From Thermodesulfobacteriota bacterium (GTDB lineage: Bacteria; Desulfobacterota; Binatia; Bin18): a DNA stretch of 64,000 nt. The stretch spans positions 4,384,001 through 4,448,000 of the forward strand of contig OZ219926.1 of NCBI GenBank assembly GCA_964291405.2, in the 5' to 3' direction. The position numbers were made by a program, and so were the translations under genes. The notes under the pieces were generated by a model that was not told the DNA's origin, searched no databases, and saw only the letters and a list, made by a program, of their open reading frames with translations. Shown in pieces: positions 30,812 to 40,900 of the stretch. The first letter of the stretch is position 1, and every line of letters starts with the position of its first letter.

Positions 30812-31009
30812 CGATCGTCCTCCTCGGGCGTGTTGGGTTGACTATACTGTGTCGAAGAATAGCAGTCGCTGCAAGCACGACCGCGAGCGGTACCCGGATA
30901 ATACTGAATATGGGAGGAGTGCCGCGAATGGCAGATCGGTACTATATTCGCTACAAAGAGCAGCATGAGAAAGTTGACTTCCCTCCAGGCGCTTGGTAGT
31001 GAATCTCGT

Positions 31010-31384
31010 ATGAAAACGAAGCCTGTTGTGTACTCAATAGAGCAAAACCTGGGCCCGCTGGTCCGTAAAGCTCTGGAACAGGAAGTACGTTTCACGGCTC
31101 CTCTTCCCGTTGCCGACACTGCGGTCGATTTGCTTTATACGCTCCTGGACGAATCCATTTCCGTTCGCCGGGAAGAATGGGCAAAACGCGGCATATCGAT
31201 CGTCGATCAAGTTGGGAGTGGAGAGATTCGCTTGACGATCCGGCCTGGACTGCGCCGTCTCCTTCTGAGTGCGGCCGACTCGGCCGCAAGGCGGAAAGAG
31301 ACCAAGATATTTGCCGTGGATATCGCTTCGGCATTAGCCGAACACTGGTGCAAGGTCTGGCCCTTCTGCCTTCTCGTGTCGTAA
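31010..31384 (+). CDS. hypothetical protein with histone-fold-like pattern and CxxWPFC tail
   Basis: Open ORF (alternative start 30965) whose helical segments resemble the alpha2-L2-alpha3 region of histone folds. See findings. Confidence 0.65.
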   Translation: MKTKPVVYSIEQNLGPLVRKALEQEVRFTAPLPVADTAVDLLYTLLDESISVRREEWAKRGISIVDQVGSGEIRLTIRPGLRRLLLSAADSAARRKETKIFAVDIASALAEHWCKVWPFCLLVS

Positions 31385-31399
31385 AGCATTTTCTCCGGC

Positions 31400-31801
31400 A
31401 TGACGGACCGTGACCTCAAAGCGCTTGACGCTGCCCTGGATTTCAGTAAACAGCAGATAGCCTTTGCCGGAATCCTCTTCAGTGTAACCCTCGCGTTCTT
31501 TCCCCAATACGCAATAAAGGCGCAGGTCGGCATCCCTGCAACAACCCTTCTCTCTTGGCTCTCCCTTGTTGTTTCTATCCTGTTTGGTCTGTTTGGTGTT
31601 CTGGGCGGCTCGGCGTCTCGACTCACAAAAGAAGAACCTCAGGATGTACTCAAGAATAAGTGGGTCAGAATATGCTCAGGACTACAGACAGTGTTTCTTA
31701 TGGTTGGCATTTCCCTTATGGGCCTATCTGTGTCTTCTCTATTACAGGAGCCCCAACTGATCCGAGATCAACATTCGCTGCTCATTAACAGTATACGTTA
31801 G
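31400..31801 (+). CDS. hypothetical membrane protein, about 3 TM helices
   Basis: Three hydrophobic segments (IAFAGILFSVTLAFF, LLSWLSLVVSILFGLFGVLG, VFLMVGISLMGLSVSSLL). Appears lower in GC than the flanks. Confidence 0.75.
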   Translation: MTDRDLKALDAALDFSKQQIAFAGILFSVTLAFFPQYAIKAQVGIPATTLLSWLSLVVSILFGLFGVLGGSASRLTKEEPQDVLKNKWVRICSGLQTVFLMVGISLMGLSVSSLLQEPQLIRDQHSLLINSIR

Positions 31802-31842
31802 AGTTCGTTGGGCTAGCCGCATAAGCAGACAAGGAGATCGTT

Positions 31843-32958
31843 ATGATTCGCGAATATAAATTCCCCATGCTTGAAAAAGTGATCTTTGGGGTTGGAGCGC
31901 TGGAAAAAGTCACCGAAGAACTGGACCGCTTGGGCAAGAAACGGGCGCTCATCCTGACGGGCCACAGCCTTTCGACCAAGACCGATCTGGTGAAAAAACT
32001 GGAAACCCTGCTGGGCGAACGCTGGGCCGGAACGAATAACGGCATCCGCCAACACGTGCCGAGTCAGACCGTCACCGCCGCGGTCGCCCAGGCGCGGGAG
32101 GTGCAGGCCGACTCCATTATTGCGTTTGGCGGCGGCAGTCCGATTGATGCGGCAAAAATTGTGGCCATGGAGTTACTCCAAGAAGGCCAGCCCCAGGAGG
32201 CCATGCCTCAGATTGCGATTTCCACGACCCTGTCCGCAGGTGAATTTACGCCCTTCGCCGGTATCACCGACGAAGACACACGGGTCAAAGGGCTGCGGAC
32301 GGACCCGCGCATTTGTCCCAAGACGGTGATCCTCGACCCCGAGGTCACCCTGCCCACACCCAAGCAGCTCTGGACCGCAACCGGCATGAAAGCCCTGGAT
32401 CACGCCATCGAAGCCATCTGGTCGGTCAACCCCCAACCCGTGACGGACGCGCTAGCCATGGAGGCTATCCGCAAGCTGCATCGCTCTCTTCCCCTCTCGC
32501 TCGCGGAACCTGATAACCTTGAAGCGCGAGGGGAATGTCAGGTCGCCGCTTGGCTGTCCATATTCGGGCTGACCAATGTCGGGGTGCGTTTAAGTCATAT
32601 CTTTGGGCATCAGATCGGCGCGCGCTGGGACGTTCCGCATGGGGTGACCTCGTGCATCACCATCCCGCACTGTATGCGTTTTCTGGCTCCACAAACTCTA
32701 AAGCAGCAAAGCATGATCGCCGAGGCCCTGGGGATTCAGACCAATGGGCGCAGCCCTGAGGACGTGGCGGCCGAAGCGGCGGACACGGTTGAAGCCTTTA
32801 TCCGGTCACTCGACGTCCCGACCCGCCTGCGCGATGTGGGGGCTATAGAGGAGGAGCTGCCCATTGTTGCCGAGGAAGTGATTAAAGAGAGTTCCCTGTG
32901 GCATAACCAACAGGGTGGGGAAGAGGCGCTGCTCGGACTGCTCCGGCAGATGTGGTAG
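31843..32958 (+). CDS. iron-containing alcohol dehydrogenase (maleylacetate reductase-like)
   Basis: Motifs GGGSPIDAAK, TTLSAGE, ALDHAIE and H..GH..PHG. Confidence 0.92.
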   Translation: MIREYKFPMLEKVIFGVGALEKVTEELDRLGKKRALILTGHSLSTKTDLVKKLETLLGERWAGTNNGIRQHVPSQTVTAAVAQAREVQADSIIAFGGGSPIDAAKIVAMELLQEGQPQEAMPQIAISTTLSAGEFTPFAGITDEDTRVKGLRTDPRICPKTVILDPEVTLPTPKQLWTATGMKALDHAIEAIWSVNPQPVTDALAMEAIRKLHRSLPLSLAEPDNLEARGECQVAAWLSIFGLTNVGVRLSHIFGHQIGARWDVPHGVTSCITIPHCMRFLAPQTLKQQSMIAEALGIQTNGRSPEDVAAEAADTVEAFIRSLDVPTRLRDVGAIEEELPIVAEEVIKESSLWHNQQGGEEALLGLLRQMW

Positions 32959-33017
32959 GCGGAGATTAGGGGTTAGGGGATGGGGGTTGGAATGATCTGT
33001 ATCGCTAGGCTCCTGAC

Positions 33018-33052
33018 TTCCTCTCCCTCGGAGAGATGGTTGGGGTGAGGGT
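33018..33052. repeat. short palindromic REP-like element (CCTCTCCC..GGAGAG..GGGGTGAGGG type)
   Basis: TTCCTCTCCCTCGGAGAGATGGTTGGGGTGAGGGT. Its end could supply the RBS of the next gene. Confidence 0.5.
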
Positions 33053-33055
33053 CCA

Positions 33056-34330
33056 ATGCCGAAGCCGCTCCGTTTCATTGAAGAGCCTGCGCGCTCAACA
33101 CCTGTGAAGGCCGAAACCCAAGTCCTCGTGATTGGCGGTGGTTCGGCCGGTGTATCGGCGGCGGTTGCCGCGGCCCGCCATGGGGCTGACGTGATCCTGG
33201 TCGAACGCCTCGGCTATCTTGGTGGCCTGGCCTCCGGGGGTATGATTATTCTGCTGCTGACGCTTGATGACGGCCGTGGACGGCAGGTAGTCGGCGGTCT
33301 ATGTCAGGAAGTGACCGAGCGCTTGGACCAGCGCGGTGCGGCCCAATTCCCATCCCAAGACGAATGGGGCAGTGCGGATGAAGCGTTAGTCCAGCGCGAC
33401 CAGTCCTGGGGGCTGGTCTGGGGTCACGGCCCGCATCGCGTGCGCTATTCGGTCGCCTACGATCCCGAAGAGCTCAAGTTTGCCCTGAACGGCATGGTTG
33501 AAGACGCTCGGGTGCAACTGCTGATGCATACGCACGCCTGTGAGGCTCTGGTCGAGGGTGACCGCATTACAGGCGTGACGTTTCAGAGTAAATCCGGCCG
33601 TTTTGCCATCTTTGCCGATGTCGTTATCGATGCCAGCGGGGACGGCGATATTTTTGTCTCAGCCGGGTCTGCCTATGAAAAAGAAAAGGTGCTGCCCTGG
33701 CTGTGGTTCTCCATGGGCGGGGTGGAAAGCCCGGATGACGCCATTCGCGCTGGTGGCTGGTTTTTCCATACCATCGGGAAGGACAAGGTCTTATTGCCCT
33801 GGGGGGCGACTGACAAGGTCTCCAGAAAGATTGACGCTACTGATCCCGACGATCTGACCTATGCCGAGTTGGAATGCCGCAAGCAGGTCATGGCAGAGGT
33901 CGATCGTCTGCGCAAAGAAGCTCCTGGCTTTCGGAATGCCTATCTGTGTCATATTGCCGACCAACTCGGGATTACGGAAAGCCGGCGCTTGGTCGGCGAG
34001 TATATGCTCAGCCGTGAAGAGATGGATATCTCCTGCGAAGATGTGATCGCCATCACCGGCCATTGGACCAAATACGAAAGCCTCTACTATATTCCGTACC
34101 GTTCCCTCCTCCCCAAGGAGTTCTCAAATCTGCTGGTAGCCGGTCGCTGCATCTCGGTCGATCACCGCGTCCATCATGCCACCAAAGAAATCCCGCCCTG
34201 CATGGCAACCGGCGAAGCCGCAGGGACCGCGGCCGCTCTGGCCGTGCAAAACGGCCTCGGTCCGAAAGCCCTGGATGTGAAAAAGCTCCAACAGCAACTT
34301 GAAGACCGTGGAGCCATTTTGCGGCTGTAA
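33056..34330 (+). CDS. FAD-dependent oxidoreductase
   Basis: Motifs VLVIGGGSAG, IDASGDGD, ESRR, YYIPYRSLLP and LLVAGRCIS. Confidence 0.9.
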   Translation: MPKPLRFIEEPARSTPVKAETQVLVIGGGSAGVSAAVAAARHGADVILVERLGYLGGLASGGMIILLLTLDDGRGRQVVGGLCQEVTERLDQRGAAQFPSQDEWGSADEALVQRDQSWGLVWGHGPHRVRYSVAYDPEELKFALNGMVEDARVQLLMHTHACEALVEGDRITGVTFQSKSGRFAIFADVVIDASGDGDIFVSAGSAYEKEKVLPWLWFSMGGVESPDDAIRAGGWFFHTIGKDKVLLPWGATDKVSRKIDATDPDDLTYAELECRKQVMAEVDRLRKEAPGFRNAYLCHIADQLGITESRRLVGEYMLSREEMDISCEDVIAITGHWTKYESLYYIPYRSLLPKEFSNLLVAGRCISVDHRVHHATKEIPPCMATGEAAGTAAALAVQNGLGPKALDVKKLQQQLEDRGAILRL

Positions 34331-34383
34331 TTCCGAGGAAGCCCGCTCAGATTGGTCCGCTACAGGTACGAAACATTTTTCAT

Positions 34384-34536
34384 TAGAGCAGTTTTCTCCG
34401 TGGTGTAGCGAGGTGCTCTCCAGAGTTCCGTAGGGTGCATCCTATGCACCACCTTTACTGGTGCGCAGGGCGCACCCTACGTATCGGGAAACACGCGGAG
34501 GCCGTTGGACGCGACACTCATGTGAATTTTGCTCTA
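34384..34536. mobile_element. MITE-like element with TAGAGCA..TGCTCTA ends containing a GTAG-type REP doublet
   Basis: Ends TAGAGCAGTTTTC / GAATTTTGCTCTA. Internal GTAGGGTGCA..GCGCACCCTAC at 34430-34480. Confidence 0.55.
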
Positions 34537-34541
34537 GCCCC

Positions 34542-35327
34542 CTATTTGCGGCCTTCCCCCCAGGTATTCCAGTAGGTCACCTCTTTCCCCGGTCGTCGTC
34601 TCGCGGGCTTGAAGTCTGTCCCCGTGTAATAGGCAACCGGCAGCAGGACGGCCTGGGTGACGGAGTCGGGGATGCCGAGGGCTTCGGCAACTTTACGTTC
34701 TTCAACCAAGTGCAGTGTGGTCCAGGCCGAGCCGAGCCCGCGGGCACGCAGGGCTAACATCAGCGACCAGGCCGACGGCAGGATTGAGCCGTACAAGCCG
34801 GCTTGCGCCGCCGGACTCGGATCGTCCGGTCGGCCCTCAATGCAGCCGATAAGCAGCACGGGCACCTCATGCATATGATCGGACAGATGCCACGCCGAGA
34901 CGGCAATGCGCTGTCCCGAGGTTGTCGGTGTACCGGAGGGACGTGGGCCTGCATAGCTCTCGAAACTTTGCCGGTACAGATCCGCGACGATCTTTTTCTT
35001 GTCCGGGTCGGTCACGACCATAAAGCGCCAATTCTGCTGGTTGCTGCCGCTCGGTGCCTGGAGAGCGATTTCGATGACTTCTTCAATGACCTCCGGTTCA
35101 ACCGGACGCGTCAGGTCGAGCCGCCGCCGCACTGTTCGTGTGGTCGTCAGTAATTTATCGACAACGGCAAGATCAAGCGGGGCCGATTGTACACCCCCGT
35201 TGTCGGTGGTCGCGTGCTGGTCTCCATACGACGGGCAAGGCTGGAAACCGAAGCCGGTGATAATGAGCGTTGTGATGAGCCAGACCTTGGCGTTTGTAAG
35301 TAGACACATAGTCGTTCCGCGTTCCAT
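34542..35327 (-). CDS. nitroreductase family protein with hydrophobic N-terminal extension
   Basis: Motifs LLTTTRTVRRRLDL, QAPSGSNQQNW and LALRARGLGSAWTT. Confidence 0.9.
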   Translation of the reverse strand: MERGTTMCLLTNAKVWLITTLIITGFGFQPCPSYGDQHATTDNGGVQSAPLDLAVVDKLLTTTRTVRRRLDLTRPVEPEVIEEVIEIALQAPSGSNQQNWRFMVVTDPDKKKIVADLYRQSFESYAGPRPSGTPTTSGQRIAVSAWHLSDHMHEVPVLLIGCIEGRPDDPSPAAQAGLYGSILPSAWSLMLALRARGLGSAWTTLHLVEERKVAEALGIPDSVTQAVLLPVAYYTGTDFKPARRRPGKEVTYWNTWGEGRK

Positions 35328-35348
35328 GCAAACTCCTTTCAGTCCTGT

Positions 35349-35696
35349 CTAGGTAGGCACTAATTGAATTCTTGGTGAAGACTCTCGGATATTTTTTTGA
35401 TTCTCCAGGTCTTGCCGAACGCGCTGGCGGAGTGACTCTAGGCGGACTCCGGCGCATTCCTCCGGGAGCGATGAAACTTTCTCCAGCCCCTTTCCCAACA
35501 TTTTTACTCCGCCCAGATAGCCGGAGACATATTTATGATAGCCCACCGCGATTTGAATCAGGCCGACGAACATCTCCCAGGTTTTGTCATCATCTTCCAC
35601 GTCATCCAGGGCCTCTTCCAAGTGCTCATGAGCCTCAAAATAGCGACCAGAATTAAAATCCTTGACTGCCCTGAGCAGAGCAGGGTGGTATGTCAT
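35349..35696 (-). CDS. DUF309 family protein
   Basis: Motif FNSGRYFEAHEHLEE..GLIQIAVGYH. Confidence 0.88.
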   Translation of the reverse strand: MTYHPALLRAVKDFNSGRYFEAHEHLEEALDDVEDDDKTWEMFVGLIQIAVGYHKYVSGYLGGVKMLGKGLEKVSSLPEECAGVRLESLRQRVRQDLENQKNIRESSPRIQLVPT

Positions 35697-35767
35697 GGTC
35701 AGGTATTGTAGCTTTTCCTCTGATAAGAAACAGTGCTCAGACATAACGTAATAAGGAGGGCCACGCT

Positions 35768-37174
35768 ATGGCAGACGTTACCGAACTGTGTACGAAAACG
35801 CTGACCGAGGTTGCCGGGCTGATCAAGCAGAAAGAGGTCTCGCCGGTCGAGTTGACCCAGGCGATGCTTGAACGCATTAGCGCGCTCGACGGCGCGCTCC
35901 ACAGCTATATTACGGTCACGGCCGACCTGGCCTTGGAACAGGCCAAAGCCGCAGAACAAGAAATCCAAAGAGGGACGTATCGCGGGCTGCTGCACGGGGT
36001 GCCGATTGCGGTCAAAGATCTGTGTTACACCAAGGGCATTCCAACCACTGCGGCCTCGCCCATGTACGCGGATTTCAAACCCGACTTCAACGCCACCGTG
36101 GTTGAGAAGTTTTATGAAGCCGGAGCCGTCATGCTGGGCAAACTGGCAATGACCGAGTTTGCCCTGTCCGGCTACCATCCGTCCATGCAGCCACCGGTCA
36201 ACCCATGGAGTGCCGAGCACTGGCCGGGGGCGTCATCGAGCGGGTCGGGGGTGGCAACCGCCGCCAGCCTGTGTTTTGGCTCATTGGGCTCGGACACGGG
36301 CGGTTCGATCCGTTTCCCATCCGCTGCCTGCGGCATTGTTGGTGTCAAACCCAGCTATGGCAAAGTCAGCCGCTATGGCGTGTTTCCTCTGGGAGAGAGC
36401 CTGGATCATGTTGGGCCGATGACGCGCAGCGTGGCCGATGCCGCCGCGATTTTACGTACGATTGCCGGCTTTGACCCCAACGATCCGACCACTCGTCGCG
36501 AAACGGTGCGCGACTATATGGACACCGTCTACAACGGAGCTCAGGGGCTCCAGATCGGGGTGGATGAAGCCTACTGCACTAACGGTGTTGACCCGGTCGT
36601 GCGCAGTGCTGTGCTGGCCACGGTCGAGGTTTTTCGGGACTTGGGAGCCGAGATTCACGAGGTGGACGTGTCGCAGATCAATGATGCCACGCCCCTCTGG
36701 TACGCCATGTGCGCGGCAGAGGCTGCGGCGGCGCACTCCGAGACTTTTCCGTCTCGGGCTGATGAATACGGACCCACGTTTCGGGCCTTCTTGGAAGACG
36801 GAGTCAAAGTCACTGGCGCACATTACGTCAAAGCGCATGTTGCCCGCCAGTATACCCGCCGGTTGATTGACGAGACATTGCAACAGGTAGATATGCTGCT
36901 GTGCCCGGCTATGGCGACCCCGCCCATGGCGGTCAAAGACTTCTCACCGCAAGCCGTGCTCCCGCCTGACAATATCCCGTCCCTGCTGGCCTTCACCGCG
37001 CCGATGGATTTCAGTGGCAGCCCGACGGTCAACCTGCCGTGCGGATTTACGGACGATGGCTTGCCGCTCAGCGTCCAGCTTGTTGGTCGGCATGGAGAAG
37101 AAGGTACAATCATGCAGGCCGCCTACGCCTACGAACAGGCCACCGAATGGCATACCCGACAGCCGGAGGTGTAG
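35768..37174 (+). CDS. amidase (AS family)
   Basis: Motifs GVPIAVKD, PGASSSGS and GSDTGGSIRFPSAACG. Confidence 0.95.
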   Translation: MADVTELCTKTLTEVAGLIKQKEVSPVELTQAMLERISALDGALHSYITVTADLALEQAKAAEQEIQRGTYRGLLHGVPIAVKDLCYTKGIPTTAASPMYADFKPDFNATVVEKFYEAGAVMLGKLAMTEFALSGYHPSMQPPVNPWSAEHWPGASSSGSGVATAASLCFGSLGSDTGGSIRFPSAACGIVGVKPSYGKVSRYGVFPLGESLDHVGPMTRSVADAAAILRTIAGFDPNDPTTRRETVRDYMDTVYNGAQGLQIGVDEAYCTNGVDPVVRSAVLATVEVFRDLGAEIHEVDVSQINDATPLWYAMCAAEAAAAHSETFPSRADEYGPTFRAFLEDGVKVTGAHYVKAHVARQYTRRLIDETLQQVDMLLCPAMATPPMAVKDFSPQAVLPPDNIPSLLAFTAPMDFSGSPTVNLPCGFTDDGLPLSVQLVGRHGEEGTIMQAAYAYEQATEWHTRQPEV

Positions 37175-37197
37175 GGGCGCAGGTCTCTGTGTCCCAT

Positions 37198-37224
37198 GCC
37201 AGCCGCCCCGATGGGGCGGCTGGC
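37198..37224. terminator. GC-rich hairpin downstream of the amidase
   Basis: GCCAGCCGCCCC-GAT-GGGGCGGCTGGC, a perfect 12-bp stem with no T tract. Confidence 0.4.
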
Positions 37225-37324
37225 CACTGATGTCCTGATCTTTGCTGACGCATATTTATCTCCGATTCCTGGGTAATCTGGTCTGCCACAATACTGAGAA
37301 TGTGCTAACCTGACGGGAGGTGAG

Positions 37325-37924
37325 ATGAGCACATTCGGTATCGTTCTGGTTGTTGTGGCGGTGATTGCGGCGCCGGGCGCGTGGGCGCAGCCGCTTGAGC
37401 TTGAATCGACGGACCCGCCTGCACAAAAGAAGCGCGCCCCCACCCTGAAACAGCGCAGTCCCCAGGCGAGAAGCGACGCCGGCCAAAGCGGCCAGGGACA
37501 AGTATACACCTACGAAGACGGCGATCGCACCGTGCGGGTACGGCTCCAGTCCGACCTGGAGGTGAGCGGGGACGGCAGCGTCGCCAGAAGCAGCGGAGAG
37601 CACATTGTCGCCAGGGACAGCTCCAGAAGAAGGAGTAGCGGGCAGCCGGTGTTCCGGTCCGAATCCTCAGGCACCCTGATGACCCTGCCCGGCGGCGTGC
37701 TGCTGGTGCTGGACGCGGAGTGGAGCAAGGCAGAAACCAATTCTTTTTTCGCCCGCAACCGGATCAAGCTGAACCGGGTGTCGGCCTTGGATATCGCTGC
37801 CAACAGTTTCTTCGTAGAGACTGCGCCGGGCTTTCCGTCCCTGGATTTAGCCAACACGCTGGCCGCGCAGGACGGGGTGCGCATTTCCAGCCCCAACTGG
37901 TGGAGAGAACACACAACCAAGTGA
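37325..37924 (+). CDS. secreted protein with subtilase prodomain-like C-terminal half (candidate trans-acting protease chaperone)
   Basis: Signal peptide, then GGVLLVL..F.VET..SLDLANTLAAQDGVRISSPNW. Ends 16 bp before the S8 gene. Confidence 0.7.
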   Translation: MSTFGIVLVVVAVIAAPGAWAQPLELESTDPPAQKKRAPTLKQRSPQARSDAGQSGQGQVYTYEDGDRTVRVRLQSDLEVSGDGSVARSSGEHIVARDSSRRRSSGQPVFRSESSGTLMTLPGGVLLVLDAEWSKAETNSFFARNRIKLNRVSALDIAANSFFVETAPGFPSLDLANTLAAQDGVRISSPNWWREHTTK

Positions 37925-37940
37925 GCGACTGACCCAAGAC

Positions 37941-40900
37941 ATGCGCTCGGATGTGGTGAAAATACTGCTGCGGACGGCAGTGTGGGGACTGTGTTTGCTG
38001 CTGGTTTCCGGGGAAGTCTGGGCACAGAGCGTACCTGGCGCCCCCATCATCAGCACGGTTACGGCAGGCCGCAGCAACTCTCTCGGTTTCACCCTTGCCG
38101 TGACCTGGACGGCACCCTCCGATCCTGGCGGCTCGGCCATCGAAGCCTACGATGTGCGTTACATCGAGACCGCCGACGATGAGACAGACGACGCCAACTG
38201 GACCGTAGAAGATAACGCCTGGACTTCCGGCAGCCTGACCTACACCATCTCCGGGCTGACCGACAGCACCGAATACGACGTGCAGGTGCGGGCGGTCAAT
38301 ACCACCGGCGACGGCGCCTGGTCCGCCACCGAGACGGGCACCCCGGATCATGGCGACAGCGCTTCGGAGGCGACGAGCCTGACGCTGGGCACCGATATGG
38401 AAGGCGTGATCAATCCTGGGACCGACGTGGATTACTTCACGTTCAGACTGACCAGAGAGACCGGCCTGCTCATCTGGACGACCGGCGATCTCGATACCGT
38501 GGGCGAACTCCAGAACATCGGCGGCACGGTGATCGCCAGTGACGATGACGGCCCTCTCTCCAGCGCTCCGTTGAATTTCTTCATGTGGCAAACCCTCGCC
38601 GCGGGGACATACCGCCTCAAGGTCTCCAGCTATGGAGACGCTACGGGGTCCTACGTCCTGCGCACCAGGACGATGGTCGATAGCAGCAGCATTTCCAACG
38701 CGCAGGAGATCACCTTCGATAGTGATGGAAATGGGTTTACCAACGGACTCATCGACCCGGGCGGCGACACGGATTACTTCACGTTCACAATCTCGGAAGC
38801 GACCGATATCGTCATTCGTACCACCGGCCTTGTCGGTGATACGGTGGGGACCCTCCTGAACAGCGACGGGACGAAGATTCTTGCCTCTAACGATGACGGC
38901 TATCTTCAGCCGAGCTCGTTGCAATTTCTGATCCGCACCCGACTCGACGCCGGGACGTACTACATCGGGGTCAAGGGCTTTGACGAGGCCGATACCGGGT
39001 TCTACAACTTGCATGTCAACAAAGGGAATGAGCCGGGCAATACACGCGCTGACGCCGTCTCTCTGGACCTCGGTATCGCAGAAGGGAGCAGGATAGACCC
39101 ATCGACCGATGAGGACTACTTCAGCTTCGACATCACCGAAACCACGAATATCTTCGTAGGGGCTGTGAGTGAAACGGTGAATATCGACGGAGAGCTGCTC
39201 GATGAAAACGGTAACTCGGTTTCAACCTTTCCGCATGACATATCGTTCGGGAGCGGACGGGACATCTTTTTTCTCCACGACCGCTTCGACGCGGGCACCT
39301 ACTACATCAAGGTCACCCCATCCGCCGATGACGACACCGACGACGACACCGGAGCGTACACCATCCGTGCGTTTGAAGTTGCGAGCTACAACAACTTTCT
39401 GGCTCGCTGTGACGACCTCGATGACACACTCAGCGACCCGCTGTACGGCTGCCAGTGGCATCTGAACAACGAGGGGCAACTCAAAGGGGGGACGTCAGAC
39501 GAAGATATCAACGTCAAAGAGGTTTGGGACGGCAATAACCTGGGCGCTGGCGTCAATGTGGCCGTAGTCGACGACGGCATGGATTCTGACCACGAGGACC
39601 TGAGCGCCAACGTGAATACAGCGCGTAACCACGATTACACCGCCGGCGAGGGGGAAGACACGACCAACATATTTCATCCCCTTGAAGACCACGGTACGGC
39701 GGTAGCGGGTATCATCGCGGCGCGGGATAACAGCCTGGGCGTGCGGGGCGTGGCGCCCAGGGCGACGATCTACGGCTACAACCTCCTCCTGGACATCACC
39801 GATGCCAACAGAGCAGACGCTATGAAACGTAACTTGGCGACAACGGGTGTCTCCAACAACAGTTGGGGATTTTACGACGGGCCTGGGTTGGACCCCGCCC
39901 CTCCACTCTGGAGAGAGGCGGTGAACACAGGAATCTCCGAGGGGTTCGGCGGTAAAGGTATTTTCTATGCCTGGGCTGCCGGAAACGGGGCCTTGCGGGG
40001 AGACTACTCCACCTTGGAGGAGTACGTGACCCACCACGGCGTGACTGCGGTCTGCGCGGTGAACGACCAGGGCCAGCGCTCCGCCTATTCGGAAGAGGGC
40101 GCCAACCTGTGGGTCTGCGCGCCGTCGGATGACTTCATCCACCCTCGTCAGGGGATTACCACTACCGACAACGACGACTTCTATAGAAATAATTTTGGCG
40201 GCACCAGCGCGGCTACTCCTATCGTTTCCGGCGTGGCCGCATTAGTGCGCAGCGCCAATGCCGACCTGACCTGGCGGGATGTGAAGCTCATCCTGGCCGC
40301 ATCCGCCCGCCAGAACGACCCGGACAACACTGGCTGGGAGGACGGCGCGCTGAAATATGGCTCTGACACGGAGCGCTACCACTTCAACCACGAATACGGT
40401 TTCGGCGTGGTGGATGCCAAGGCCGCTGTGGATTTGGCCGACGCCTGGATCACTCTTCCAACGCTCGTGGAGCAGGAGGAGTCGTCCGAAAATCGCAACT
40501 GGCGCATCCCCAACCACGGCACGGTCACCAGCAACATCACCATGGGCTCTGCTGTCGAGTTCGTCGAGTTCGTCGAAATCAACGCCTACTTCAATCATAC
40601 CTCCTTCCGGGACTTGCAGGTAGAGTTGGTCTCTCCGTCGGGGAAGGTGTCCGTCTTGTCTGTTCCCTACGAGGAATACGGAGAGGAATACGAACTGATT
40701 GGTGGGCGTCTGCAGCTCCCATTCCACGGAAGCTTCCGGTTTGGCTCGGCCAAGCACTTGGGCGAGAACCCTGCCGGGAAATGGACACTGCGCATCAGCG
40801 ACCACTTACCCGGTAGCCCTGGAATCCATACCACCGGGAGTCTGTCATTGTGGAGCCTGACCGTCTACGGGCACCGATCCACCCCTGGGGCACCGGTCCT

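Noticed and set aside
37764-39014. 416-aa minus-strand ORF
   Set aside because: Antisense to the well-supported chaperone-like and protease genes.
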